A stretch of DNA of 63,195 nucleotides, the filler included, from Syncephalis fuscata S228 (Eukaryota > Fungi > Zoopagomycota): assembly GCA_025786725.1 (NCBI GenBank). It is 2 parts of 2 records of this genome, joined end to end, with 100 filler letters (N's around TTAATTAATTAA, not from the genome) between each part and the next. Parts side by side here need not be neighbours in the genome. Positions count along the whole stretch, not along the records: positions 1 to 31,624 come from JAHLTZ010000084.1; 1 more part is not named here. One strand, 5' to 3'. The notes under the pieces are model-generated. The model did no database searches. It had not been told where the DNA came from and was given only the letters and a program-made list of their open reading frames with translations. Made by a program: the position numbers and the translations under genes. This document shows, piece by piece, positions 10,810 through 23,896 of this stretch (positions are counted from its first letter, which is position 1; each line of letters opens with the position of its first letter).

Positions 10810-13124
10810 ATGCCCGTTGAGCGGCATCTATCTTTAGCAACTACGGTTGCAGCTGCCTCAACAGCCATGTCTTCAGTCCAAACGCTGGCATACCGACAAG
10901 CTAACGGATGCAAACGCACCGGAAGCGGAAGTGATGTATGGCACTTTAACGAGGCTTCTGTTACACGGTCGCAACCGTCATTGGAACTTGCTTCCGACCG
11001 TCGCCACAGCATAGCAGACATATCCATGGCTGAATCTACAGAGCTGCCATACTGGCATCATCATAATGAGTCAAATGACAGTATGGTAACGGCCAACGGT
11101 ACTCATCGCGTTTATGACGAATGCCATCGCCAAATGAGTTACACGAATGATGCCGCTATTCTCGCTGATTCAGGCCACAATGATATCAGCGATAAACAAT
11201 CCGATAGCAAAATAACAGAACGCTTTCCAGCGCATCAAAGTGAAACATTGGTAAATGCTGACGATCAGCATATGAATTTGCATTCTACAAGCCAAATACA
11301 TTATGATAACAAAACTAATAGTACTAGACACGCAGCGACAGTGCCAATAGCAGCTAGTATGGCACGCACTCAGGCGTCTACTAACTGCCGTAGACCATTA
11401 TCTGAACTACTAACGCGTGCTCCATCATTTTATGATAGTCCTGCAGAGTCGCAAGAGGTTGATGACTATGCAACTCTAGGAAGATGGGCTCAACCTGAAA
11501 AAAGAAGAAAGATTGATGCAGAACTAGAAACAGAAATACCGCCTTGTATATCTTCAAATAACACTGCAACCTCTCATTTCTCACATCGACGAATTACAAC
11601 TATGGCATCTATTGAAATGGTAGATGCACCTCCTTTTGAACGTCAGAAGAGCCTATCAGAACATACATCTGGTTTTCTTGAATGGTCAGCCAACTATAAT
11701 GCTGCATTACAGAACTCAAAACAAATGGCATCAACACTGTTACAGCCAATTACTTCTAATGAAGATTATACATCTATAGAATCAAATATCTTTGGTTGTA
11801 GTTCTCCTGATAACATTAGAAATAACAGAGATACTATAGATGATAATCCATTTGAAACTAATCACCATAGCGAAAATACTGATGTTGACGATGACGACGA
11901 TGACGACGATGATCACGAGGATAATGAAAATCGTCCACCACCGGTTCTTCAGCTACCACGTCCTGATGAACTTGATTGGACTCTACGATTAAAAAACACT
12001 GATCTAAATGGCAGCAATGCCAATCGTACCGATGATAACGATAATGACGATGATGATGATGATGATGATGACACATCTGCATCACTTGAATATGTTATTA
12101 ATGATCAAACGCGTGCACAGCCCGATCCTAATTACGCTGCTAATATGTCATTACCATTTGATTTTGAAAAATTTCGTCGTCGTGTCGTTATTTGGGCTAT
12201 TCAGGCAAGTCATTTAATATTATTTAGTTAGTAGTACTTTGTATTTTATTACTAACTTTACTACAAATGACGATGCTTATTGATATAGACATCCGGTGTT
12301 CTTGGCTATCATGCGGAAACGGCTTATTTGGCCATCAACTTTGTCGATCGCTATTTGTCGCGAGTTCGAGTTATTGACCGACATAACTACGCACAAAATG
12401 AATCGGTGGCATTTAAGGATTTCCAACGACTAACGGTCACTGCTCTTTTAATGTCGGCCAAGCTTACAGAAGAAAACCGGAATCCATGTGCTGCTGACTT
12501 TGCCTGTTTTTGCGACGGCGAAACTACCCGAGGAGAGATCAAGGTATTTTACAAACCAATTAGCTGTCAATTATTAATGAATATGAAACAATAGCGCATG
12601 GAGATTGAATTTAGTAAAGTGCTTAATTATCAGTACCGGCCCGTCACGCCACATCGCGTCATCGGAGAAATTAGCGCGATGATTCCGGCTCTTTCCAGTA
12701 CACTAGGCGATGAGCTTATTCGTACAGCGTATCAGTATATTGCCACGGCTAGCATTGGTAAGCAATGATGTTAGCAAGTAGAACGTATGTATAAGCGATC
12801 TGTTCTAACGACAACTGTACGACAGACTATCGTGCACTTTGTTTTAAGCCGGCAATTTTAGCAGTGGCCGCACTGGATCGTGCTTTGGCGGATTTCTACA
12901 AAGTAAACCCAAGCATATTACAGCATCAATCGCTTTCATCGTTTTTGCCGCGTACAATATTAGCGCAATTAGTTAAAGCGGATATGGTAAGTAGTCGCTA
13001 TTGCTGTTATTGTTATTGTTATCATTTACTGATACTGGTTGTTTAAAAGGCTGAAATCGAAGCGTGTGCAGTCTATCTTAATGAGCTGCTTTCCTGTCAA
13101 TGGTTTTCTGGATTAGCGATGTAA
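10810..13124 (+). CDS. Cyclin (long disordered N-terminus plus cyclin box), 5 exons
   Basis: RRVVIWAIQ / ETAYLAINFVDRYLS / QRLTVTALLMSAKLTE / MEIEFSKVLNY motifs. Introns 12205-12288 (GC-AG), 12544-12594, 12758-12825, 12987-13049. The start codon is uncertain. Confidence 0.85.
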
Positions 13125-13641
13125 TATGTAGCGTATTTTTATAAAACATGATGTTTAAAATCCTTGTTGGCCAAGCTTCTGTGTATGATTTGTGATATAA
13201 ATATTTTTACTGTGTACAAATTGGCGATAAAGCATATTCCAATTGGAGATTATACAAAAAATACAATAAAATATGTTATAGTGATAGTAATTAGTTTATT
13301 ATTGCCGTGTATTAAAAAAGTTTTTCTTTAATTTATTGACTTGGATTAAAAGCAGAAGGTGAATAAAACAATAACGCTTCTTTAGCCGTGATATATACTA
13401 GAATGACCACGAGAGTGACAGCAGAGAGAGAAAGCAAAGTATATGGCTGTTCTAGTTATATAAATAATACCATAACAGCGGTGATAGTGGCAATTTAATG
13501 ATTACATCCAATAATGTTCGCTTTATTAAACTAGCTTTTTGTTTTATTGAAGACGGGACCGAGTGGTAAAAGCTATTAATGATCAAATCATTTAATCTCA
13601 TTGTCACTTGGTAGTCAAATGGCTTTATTTAATAACATTTG

Positions 13642-13944
13642 AATTTGAATTTATTAGCTTAAGTGAGACAACGGTCCGTAGGACCTAACCGCGCATTTGC
13701 AGCATTTGTCTGCCACCCCTAGGAGAATAGACGGTTCATTTCGAACCTATCCGCGCGCAACGCAGAACCTGCCATCTACAACTGAAACCGTTGGTGGCTC
13801 TCCTCACGTGTTGGAATATCGACCATTTCTTCTACGGAAGGATCCCATCACGCATTTCCTGAAAACAAGATTCGAACTAGGCGAACCAACATTTTCCTAC
13901 TTTAGGGAAGACGCGTTGACCGTTTAGGCCACCACGCCTCCCCC
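13642..13944 (-). mobile_element. tRNA-derived SINE (~300 bp) with 19-bp target-site duplication
   Basis: Minus-strand head GGGGGAGGCGTGGTGGCCTAAACGG (A box), GTTCGAATC (B box, 13869-13877), tail AATAAATTCAAATT. TSD CTTTATTTAATAACATTTG at 13623-13641 and 13945-13963. The site is empty in the sister repeat near 22040-22055. Confidence 0.88.
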
Positions 13945-13965
13945 CTTTATTTAATAACATTTGTT

Positions 13966-14567
13966 CTATTGAACATGATGATGGGTGGTGAGTGATATCA
14001 GTGATCAAATACTCGTTACTATCTAGTATGCATATATCCTCCATCTATCTATAACACTAACGCTGTATATTTATATAAATTGCAATTTATAGCCAATCGA
14101 TATATATTTAAACTGACTGCAGTTCGGAATAACATGTAACTATTAGACGATAAAATAATATACCCTATAGCGTATATACAACATCAAACATATATGCATG
14201 AGCGAATGAACGAGATTAGTTGAACGTTATAATAATAAAGCTAAAGCACAAATAAAAATAGTTTTGGATAGAACATGGCTAATTGAGTATAGAATGATAT
14301 AGAATAGTATGAATATGCAATGGGAAGAGTATAAATATTGATATTGGATTTATAATGCATATATTATAATGCGTGGAATGAGTGAAGTGTATTGCCGCAT
14401 ATAACAAATATAATGTGTCTAGTGTATTGTAGAATGATATGTAGCAATGTGGAATAGAATGGGAATAATGCAAGTAAATGGAGGATATATGCATATTGGA
14501 TAGTGAATCTACAATAATGAGTATTTGATGATTGATTTCACTCACCGCCCATCATCATGTTTAATAA
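13966..14567. mobile_element. ~600-bp MITE-like element (family B) with imperfect TIRs CTATTRAACATGATGATGGGYGGTGAGTGA
   Basis: The ends are inverted repeats of each other; there are further copies in the window. Confidence 0.75.
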
Positions 14568-14824
14568 AGTATTATTAAATCATTTACTATTAATGCAATA
14601 GCCTCAACAACAATAAAACAATCAGCTAAATAAATAAACCATTAGCATTATATTTAGTTCTTATATCTAAGTATTTATAAATACAAGTGTAATTTTTTTA
14701 TAATAGACGATATGCTGCCTTTTTACAGCATTACACAATTTAAATCAATAAAAAGCTGTGTGTTGGTTTAAGGTTTTATTGATTGAATGTTCAAAATACA
14801 CGGTATGCAAATAAAGTTGTTTAT

Positions 14825-16989
14825 TTATAACATAAATGCCCTGTAAGATCCATCGTCATTTGTTCGCCCAATAGCAGTGGTTGATACATAATATTCTGAA
14901 GTAGCCGGAATCCAAGCTTCAAATGGTTTTGGTAATCGCGGTACTTCAATGGGACCTAGAAACTCATTTTCAGCGCCGTTTTTAGTTGGTTGATGTCTAA
15001 GACAAATCGGTGGCATGTAAATACGGCCAGTTTGCATATCAACAAACATCAAATCTCCGCTGGCCTCTATATGTAGTTTACATAGAGATCCAAGAAAAGG
15101 AGTGAGGCTAGATTCGTGCATATAAGCGATCGAACGTAGTAAATTTCCATTTTGAGCATTTAGTACATCAATTGCTTTATAGCTTTGAGCGACGATTAGC
15201 CTTTTACTGTATAGATTTGTAATAGCACTTTCAAGTATAGGCCGACTCCATAATACATGACCTTCCTCGGAGCTATTAATTGGTAAAAGCTGGCCATAAT
15301 CTCTGGCATCAAATAGTGCTTGTGATGAAGTATTTGATACATCATTTCCAATTACAAAAAACAGAAGCAAAGCATCATGTGGTTCATGCTTACTATTGTA
15401 TGTTTTAACATATGGCTCAGTTATAGTAATTAAGCACATTCTTTCTGTGTACGTCTTGGCCTGAATTGTACCGTTTGGCCAATATGGAATGGCGACTTGG
15501 TTCGATAATATTTTCTCACTTTGAGGCTGGCCTTTTTGGGCGTTAAATAGCTCCCATTGAATGTATAATGACGGGCTATCACTGTTAGCAGTATGTGCAT
15601 CTTGAGTGGCCATGGAAGCAGAAGTAGAGCCAGGTTCTTTGACGTCATGTATTATTGTGCATGTTAGAAACTGGCATTGGTCGTAAGAAGCAAACTGAAT
15701 ACAGCCAGATGTACTGTGATTGTCCAATTTTGACCCTTCTATCCATTGATTGCCATCTAAATCAAATATATCAAATCGTTGGTATGGATATTGTGGATAT
15801 TTAGTATAAAAAAGTATCCATTCATTATAGATGTCAGAAAATGCATAGTTATCTTCTCTCTCGTTTTGGTGTTCAAGATAAATAACGTTAGGTGATGAGT
15901 TACCAGCAGTACGCCACACTAAAACGGCTCTCCTCTCGCTACTTTTTTGTTTATTTGAAAATGCAATCGTCGAGTATACAGTAAATTGTTAATCCAAATT
16001 AATAAAAAGTTTTACATTTGGTTTTATAACTTACAGGCTGTCTAACTCCTTTACATCGACTATTTTCAATGGCATTAATAAATATTTGATATAATTATTA
16101 GTATTAATAATTACTAGTTACCTATTGGATCCCCAGGTGCTATAATCTTCACTTCATTGTATGTATGTATCCAAACTTCAGCCACAACAAACCGACGCAT
16201 TGCATAGCCATCAAGAAAGCTATATCGGACACAGTTATTTGCCGACAGTAAAGGAATGTTTAGCTTTTTCCATGGCAGTTTTTTATTTTTGTGTTTATTT
16301 TTATTGCTAAAGACATCGTGCTGAATTACCCAAAGACTATCGCTATCATGGTCCAATGCCAATGCACCCCAAGAATTTATGTCGTGTAAATACAGGTCAG
16401 GATCTTCATCAACTACGAATTTGCACTTCTGCTCTTTGAGTCGACCTGTCATAAAATTGTAATTGCTTTGTCGCCGCCGTTGGTAAGCATAAAACCATCG
16501 AGTGGTATCGAAGTTATAAGTGACCGGTAAATGGCTAGCAGATAATATATATTCATTATCATTATTATCATTATTATAATCACTAGAGTCACTAGAGTCA
16601 CTAGAATTATTATAATTACTGTAATCACCGCAATCACTATAATTATTATAATCACTGTAATCATCATCACTATCAACAGTGTTGCTAATGGGTGATAATA
16701 AACGTTTTCGTTTTTTCCTATTTAAATTGGGCGTAGACTCTTTTGATTTTATCGTAAAATTAATTCGCCAGTTATACCATGTAAGCCATTCTTGTTCACG
16801 CCGATCGCCCAGACAAAACCTTCGTCTATATTGTTGTTCCCAATGACTAGGCGGATTTGTTATTGTCTGGTGAATAAGCTGACAGCTGTTGGTAAAAAGT
16901 ACTAGCTCCTTGGCTTCCATAAAGCGAGATAAATACAATAAAACGTCACGGTTTTGCCATAAACGTTTATTATGAGTACCTAAAGACAT
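14825..16989 (-). CDS. Putative F-box-like protein (N-terminal F-box-like motif, beta-rich C-terminus)
   Basis: Two long ORFs (291 and 364 aa). LWQNRDVLLYLSRFMEAKELVLFTNSCQLIH...WEQQYRRRF resembles an F-box. Donor at 16121; the splicing between 16121 and ~15980 is unresolved. Confidence 0.6.
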
Positions 16990-17579
16990 GACTGACTAGT
17001 AATAATTGTGCAAAAAGTGATATATGATTGACAAGGCAAACAATAGTGAAAAGAAAAAGAAAAAACATGCGCAAATATAAGCAGTTTTGCTCTATTTACA
17101 GCACAGCGGTAACACAAATACATATACCTTTTTGTCTTTTTATTCAAATGCTAAGGCTCCACGACAGCTAACACCAATGTACATAATCCATCATACTTTG
17201 TGAGTGGATCATTTATTTACCAAGTGATATAAAAGCTTATTTTCTGGCTTAATATCTGCTATTACCATGAGTAATTATAAATTATTGGTTTTCCACATTA
17301 AAGAATAGCGATTTACGCATTTTTATCTTGTTATAAGCATTGTATTTTACTTACGCAAACAATAGCTATATAATCAACTGATTTTGATTATTAATAACGT
17401 ATACAATTATATTCAACTTGCACTTTTACACACTTTTAGATGTTCACAATTGCTATAGTATTTTTATAGTATCATTATAACTCATTGCTCTGATATTTAC
17501 CAATTTATTAACAATCTAATATGATTTGGAATTAAAGAGCTGCATTTGATGTCATTCGTGTAATTGAGCTAAACATTTG

Positions 17580-18293
17580 TTTATTTGGCATGAAGCCAAG
17601 TGGTAAACGACATCAATCATTAAAACACTCATTATAGATTGCTATCTTGTATGCATATATCCTCTATCCACCTATATATTCTGTCATACATCAGCATTTC
17701 TATGTGGCATAGAATCATATACTAAACACATTCTATTATTTATACGTTTCTATGTGCTTCACTTATTGTACTCATTGCGCTATATGCATTATAGCATCGA
17801 CATCATTTTATATGCTTTACCATTGCATATTCATTCTATACTCATTTAGCTATGCTCTATCCAAGAGCGTTTTACTTTTGTCTCGGCTTTATTATTAATA
17901 AATAGCAACTAATTTCACTTTTTTGCTCATTGATCTATATTGATAGAACAAACAATACAAGTATCTGTAAAGCTATTACTTTATTAAAAGTGCTTATCAA
18001 ATTACATATTAATAGCCAATTAGTGCTGAGTTGTTTAGTGTCAATTGATTATAACTTCGATGGTATCTAAGCCAAATAATGGTGCATTTATAAGAAAAAC
18101 AGGTTTTAAAATTGGTATGAAAGTGAAATAAACTAGGAATAAAGTCAGCATAGACAGTAATAATGCAATACTGCGCAAATCTAATAATATAGTGGTATTT
18201 GCAAAAGAGAATATATGCACACTGGATAATAAATCTACAATAACAAATATTCTGGTGGCTGATGTCGTTCATTACCCAGTTCCATGGTCAATA
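17580..18293. mobile_element. Degenerate copy of MITE family B
   Basis: Recognisable blocks (GACATCAATCA..ACTCATT.TAGATT, CATTCTATACTCATTTAG, CATGGTCAATAG). Boundaries are approximate. Confidence 0.55.
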
Positions 18294-18794
18294 GAGCAAA
18301 CATCTAGTTTAATTATGCAAATATTATAGAATATAATTGTTTAACCACCAAATGATTATGCAATTGTTAATCAACTGTTTAATAGATAACATAAATTAAT
18401 TGGTCATTACTATGTTGCAAACACCAATACTTCATTATACTATAACTAACAAAAGCATTGACTCTGTTGCTAATGCTTTTGTACTTTGTCACTATGCTTA
18501 ATTAGTTATAAAACCATTTTACCATTCTATAATAAACGGTATACGATACATTCCAGACTAATATTTATCTCATGATATTAGACTTTATTTAAACTAATGA
18601 CTTGCACCAGTGATTAATTGGTATAATGCGTATCATTAAAATGCGAATTAATATTAACCAGCAATATTTTTGTCGCCGACATTAACAGTAGATGATATGT
18701 AATACTAAACAAACTAAACAAATTTTCATTCTTCTGATTTCTTTAACTGTGCCAATCACCATTCTTAGGATCGTTATTTGATACCTACTGTAAA

Positions 18795-20109
18795 TCACAC
18801 TACCGACAATGTATTGGAGTGTTTACCATTTCCCGATGGTGTAGCTGGCGTGATTTGTATTGTTGACACTGGCTCTGACACTGCAGCCTGCTTTGGAGCC
18901 GGGTCTTTTGCGGGAGGTGACCATCGAAGCGTATATGTAATAATAATGCTAACCGAGAATATTGTTACCAGCATAATATTCCTATAATAGGTTACATATT
19001 TAAATTAATATAAATGCAATTGTGCATTACCATTCAGTCAACCTACCAGACAAATCCAAACATATCACTGGCCACACCGACCGGCGGTACGGCTGGTTGA
19101 GAATTACGCAAACCAGGAAGCGCAAATAGAATGGCTATACCTACTGACATGTGTGGCGGAGCAACCTCACGGCCACGTACGACAAGCTGCATCCATAGAA
19201 TACCAAGGCCCAAGGTAAGGAACCACATTAGCACGCAAATGAACACAGAAAATACCACTGTTGTTGTGGTGCGACGGGTCCGAATGAAGAAAGACGCCTC
19301 AGTAACCGAGTCGTAAATTACAAATGCTCGGAAGCTAATTGATTGTACAGCACCGTCAAAATGAGCCTTGAAGGGCACAGGGAAATACGCTTTTGCGGTA
19401 TCGTTGCCTTGTTCCCGATATACTTTCATGAAGATAAATGCCGGGTACTTGTCAAGTGGATATGCTGCTTGATTTCCGTTTTGGAATGGTATTTGTAGAT
19501 CGCGGTTCTCCCTAAATAGATATAATGAGTCAACGGTTATTTATAATCATTATGGTATGGTTTGCCATTAACTTACATTATTTGATTTGCCGAAAACTTT
19601 ATTGTTGTCGTACCAAGGGTCACAGTTACAGGTGTGGCCAAAGCAGATGGCGCTGTAAGACCCTCTGCATCTACAATACCGTTTTTCAAAGACTTTGTTA
19701 CAGCACCACGGATCTCTTCTTGCGTTATTGTGGCATTGTTAAGAGCGAAGGTTCCCACAGGTAGAAATGATGCGCGCACTTTTAGAACGCCATTGGCAAA
19801 ATCGGCTCCAGTTGCCCGAAGTAGAATATCGATGAAATTCTCAGCCTCTGAAATTGACGTATCGTTATTATTTACCAAATCACTAATTGGCATATTAAGT
19901 TGGTCCGCACGCTGCTCCAGCTTTTTCATATCCGCAAAAAGCGGAGCTCGGTCGACGGAAACACGTCGGCGCACGCTTTCTTCATTATAAGCTTCGTAGA
20001 TGGGTACTACAATGATAACGTAGAGAACGCATACCAACAGCATCCAGAGTGCACGACGTATATAATCATGTCGTCGTAGAAAACGTGCTGTCCGTTTCAC
20101 CAGCGACAT
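18795..20109 (-). CDS. DUF4436-like membrane protein, 3 exons
   Basis: N-terminal TM, GNQAAYPLDKY motif, C-terminal TMs with LFALPGLRNSQPAVPPVG..D resembling PF14494. Introns ~19576-19514 and ~19047-18983. Confidence 0.75.
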
Positions 20110-21398
20110 GGCTATATTCAATGGTAATTGTGTGTTGTGAGATTAATTCAAAATCAAGGTGTGAGTAGTTGAGCAAACAGTTGCCACCTTCTTGGCTATC
20201 GTTGTTAAGGACAGCTTGCAGACGAATAACAAATGTTGTATCGATTGACAACAGAAACAATTAATATCAATGCTAAGATGCTTAATATTAATGGTGCGAA
20301 CGAGAAAGGAATATGTGTGTATGAAGTATGGTTGTTCTGCAACGCGGTTTTATATCAGATGCAATAGTGACAAGCGAGGATCCCGTGCTGCCTTACAAAG
20401 TCTCAATAACGATAATTATTCGGAAACAACGCACAAGAATGATACACAATGATAACAACTTGGGCACCATTGTGGGTCACAAGGCACAAAGGCGACACCA
20501 CATGCATAACTAGTACTCACTAATAATTACACAACATGTGGTTGAGACTAATATGGCAAGCATCATTATTTAGTTTGTAGACTTTAATGCCAACATACTA
20601 AGCTAAGAATTAGTATTATTAATATAACATCATCACCAACGAATGTTTATATCAAATTATTCTTGCTTAATGGCCATTTGACCTTGTTTCAAATGTTGTT
20701 ACACTCTCGCATGCTTTGTTCTGGGTAACTCCCCTTTAGCCAACCCAAAAAAACGTTTTATTGCTGGCAAATGGTTGAATCAATCATAACAGAAACAGAT
20801 ATGTTACAATTTGCATTGAGGAGTAGTATTTAATCTCTAAATTCAGTCAATTTCCCTGTTATGTTTTACCTTGAATATAACAATGCCAAAATATATTTTG
20901 GCAGTTATCACACTATAAGATACACTCCATGCTGTGATTTTATATTTGCACATGACATGTACATGATTTGTTCAAACGGGCCTAATGGCGTTCAGCAATC
21001 TCAGTTTACACTAACAGCCCCAATTTCTCAAAAACCAACCAGCATAATAAATTTAGCTAATCCATTAGACTATTAGGCAGCCTTTTGGTAGTATTAGCAT
21101 TATGTGGATTTGGTCACACCATAAGCCATTAAAGTTCCATATGTGATTACGGATGATGCTGACTAAAAGAAAAAGGCGACATTTCAAACAATCCTTAGCC
21201 CAACGCCGCCTTGTCACTAACTTGAAACTTGTTGCTTGGCTCTAATTGTAATTCTAGCAAAAGCACCATTATTATAGAACAACCTGGATGCATTTCTAGT
21301 TGTATTGATTAATTTATTCATAGTTTTTCTATATATAATTTATTGTAATCTGACTTGTATTACCATAATACGATTAATCTACCTTGTTTATTAATAAT

Positions 21399-22347
21399 CT
21401 ATTGCATTAATAGTAAATGATTTAATAATACTCTATTAAACATGATGATGGGCGGTGAGTGACATCAATCATCAAATACTCATTATTGTAGATTCACTAT
21501 CCAATATGCATATATCCTCCATTTACTTGCATTATTCCCATTCTATCCCACATTGCTACATATCATTCTACAATACACTAGACACATTATATTTGTTATA
21601 TGCGGCAATACACTTCACTCATTCTACGCATTATAATATATGCATTATAAATCTAATATCAATATTTATACTTTTCTTATTGCATATTCATACTATTCTA
21701 TATCATTCTATACTCACTTAGTCATGTTCTATCCAAAACTATTTTTATTTTTGCTTTAGCTTTATTATTATAACGTTCAACTAATCTCGTTCATTCGCTC
21801 ATGCATATATGTTTGATGTTGTATATACGCTATAGGGTATATTATTTTATCGTCTAATAGTTACATGTTATTCCGAACAGCAGTCAGTTTAAATATATAT
21901 CGATTGGTTATAAATTGCAATTTATATAAATATACAGCGTTAGTGTTATAGATAGATGGAGGATATATGCATACTAGATAGTAACGAGTATTTGATCACT
22001 GATATCACTCACCACCCATCATCATGTTCAATAGAACAAATGTTATTAAATAAAGCCATTTGACTACCAAGTGGCAATGAGATTAAATAATTTGATCATT
22101 AATAGCTTTCACCACTCGGTCCCGTCTTCAATAAAACAAAAAGCTAGTTTAATAAAGCGAACATTATTGGATGTAAGCATTAAATTGCCACTATCACCGC
22201 TGTTATGGTATTATTTATATAACTAGAACAGCCATATACTTTGCTTTCTCTCTCTGCTGTCACTCTCGTGGTCATTCTAGTATATATCACGGCTAAAGAA
22301 GCGTTATTGTTTTATTCACCTTCTGCTTTTAATTCAAGTCAATAAAT
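21399..22347. repeat. Right arm of inverted repeat pair 1 (MITE B at 21433-22034, no SINE)
   Basis: Reverse complement of 13331-14601 without the SINE. Confidence 0.95.
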
Positions 22348-22541
22348 ATATGCATTTCCATATTGTCATTATTTAAATATAAACAAATAAATTATACATG
22401 GTAAAATACAATATTACTAGTTTGAAAAAGTATAATTTTTAAAACATGTTAAAAGTAATAATCTGATACATCGACGCTTAGCATAGCAATAGCATCATAA
22501 CATTTGTATTCATATGGTTGACTCTTCTGCATCATTGTCTA

Positions 22542-23572
22542 TCAAGGCCGCCGTGGACTTCTAGAACGATTAGGTGAACGCGATCGAGAATAGGATGGAC
22601 TGCGACCCCGCCGTCTATTATTATTTGGACTAGGACTATTGCTACGACGACGAGGCCTGCCTCTTGGTGATCCAGGCGACCTCGAGCTACTTATTGACCG
22701 ACTATAGGATCGGCGGCGATAGTGGTAGTTACCCGGACTACGTGAGCGTGCATTGCGTACATTCGATTGATTTTGCTCATAGGGCCGATAAGCATCGCCG
22801 CCACCACCACCACGATACCGTCCATTACGAAAACGATTATACCGTGATGGATAATAACTGTCACGGCCACCGCCTCTTGCGTTATAGCCACCACCATAAG
22901 ATCGCGATGGAGGAGACCGTCCTCGATAATCATTACCGCCACCTCTTCCATCACGCAAGGATGCAGACAATGGACCCGATACGGAATGACTATAACTATT
23001 CGAAGCCAGAGCAGATCGATAAAGAGTGACCACCAGCTCAACACCATCTAACTGCCCACCATGCATATACTCAATCGCCTTTTCAGCATCGGCCATCTTT
23101 TCATACTCGATTACCGCCTGTCCCCGATGGATATTCAGTCGCTCGACGCGCTGAAGCTCAACCGTGCGTATCGAGCCATAGGCGCCAAATATCTCTTTCA
23201 AATGGTCTTCCGTCACATTAATCGTCAGTTTGTTCACATTAATGGCCGGTCTAGGTGGCGGGGACCGTGAGCGGGAACGGGAGTGTGATCGCGATTGCGA
23301 AATAGATCGTGAAAAGGACCGATCGCGTGAGTAGCGTCGTCGACGTGGTCGACCACGCGACTGAGAACGAGGCGGTGAACGGCTCCGACTAAAGGAGCGC
23401 GATAACGAGCGCGATCTAGAACGCGATGAGAATGATCGTGATGATCGCGACATAGATCGCGACCGTGAACGCGATACTGATACAGGACGTGGCCTATTCA
23501 AGCAAAATAAAATGAATCAATTCTAGTATATATATATATATATACAATATACATAAAAGCATCGACTTACAT
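22542..23572 (-). CDS. RNPS1: RNPS1/SR45-like RS-RRM splicing/EJC factor
   Basis: RS domains flank the RRM INVNKLTINVTEDHLKEIFGAYG...AEKAIEYMHGGQLDG. The start codon is split AT|G by an intron at 23570-23494. Confidence 0.88.
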
Positions 23573-23896
23573 GAGGATATACAAATAGTATTCAAATGAA
23601 TTACGTCACTACAACACCCTATACACTCGTATATTTATACTACAGTCAGTTAGAATAATACGGCACTATCAGCAATCTTAAATGGCCGTTACTACAGTAT
23701 GCATATATTGATAGTGGTGGTGTATTCACAGTCAATCAATAGCCACAACTATAATAGATGAATAGACTGATAGATGGATGGATGGATGGATGGATGAATA
23801 GATGATGTGTTGGGTAAATAAAGACTTTTTTAGACTTCAACTTATTGACCACTTTGTATAAGTAATTACAAACAGCTATTTGCTAACTAGCTGGGT

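Larger units (their letters stand above)
13331..14601. repeat. Left arm of ~950-bp inverted repeat pair 1 (contains SINE and MITE)
   Basis: Reverse complement of 21399-22347 once the 322-bp SINE plus TSD is removed; scattered SNPs. Confidence 0.95.

Noticed and set aside
13860-13944. Functional tRNA gene
   Set aside because: No complete acceptor stem is evident; it is the head of an insertion with a TSD.
14279-14545. Recurrent 'MSDINHQILIIVDSLS' small ORF family (also 21455, 56307, 61778)
   Set aside because: They lie within MITE copies, start with GTG and vary in frame; no transposase motifs.
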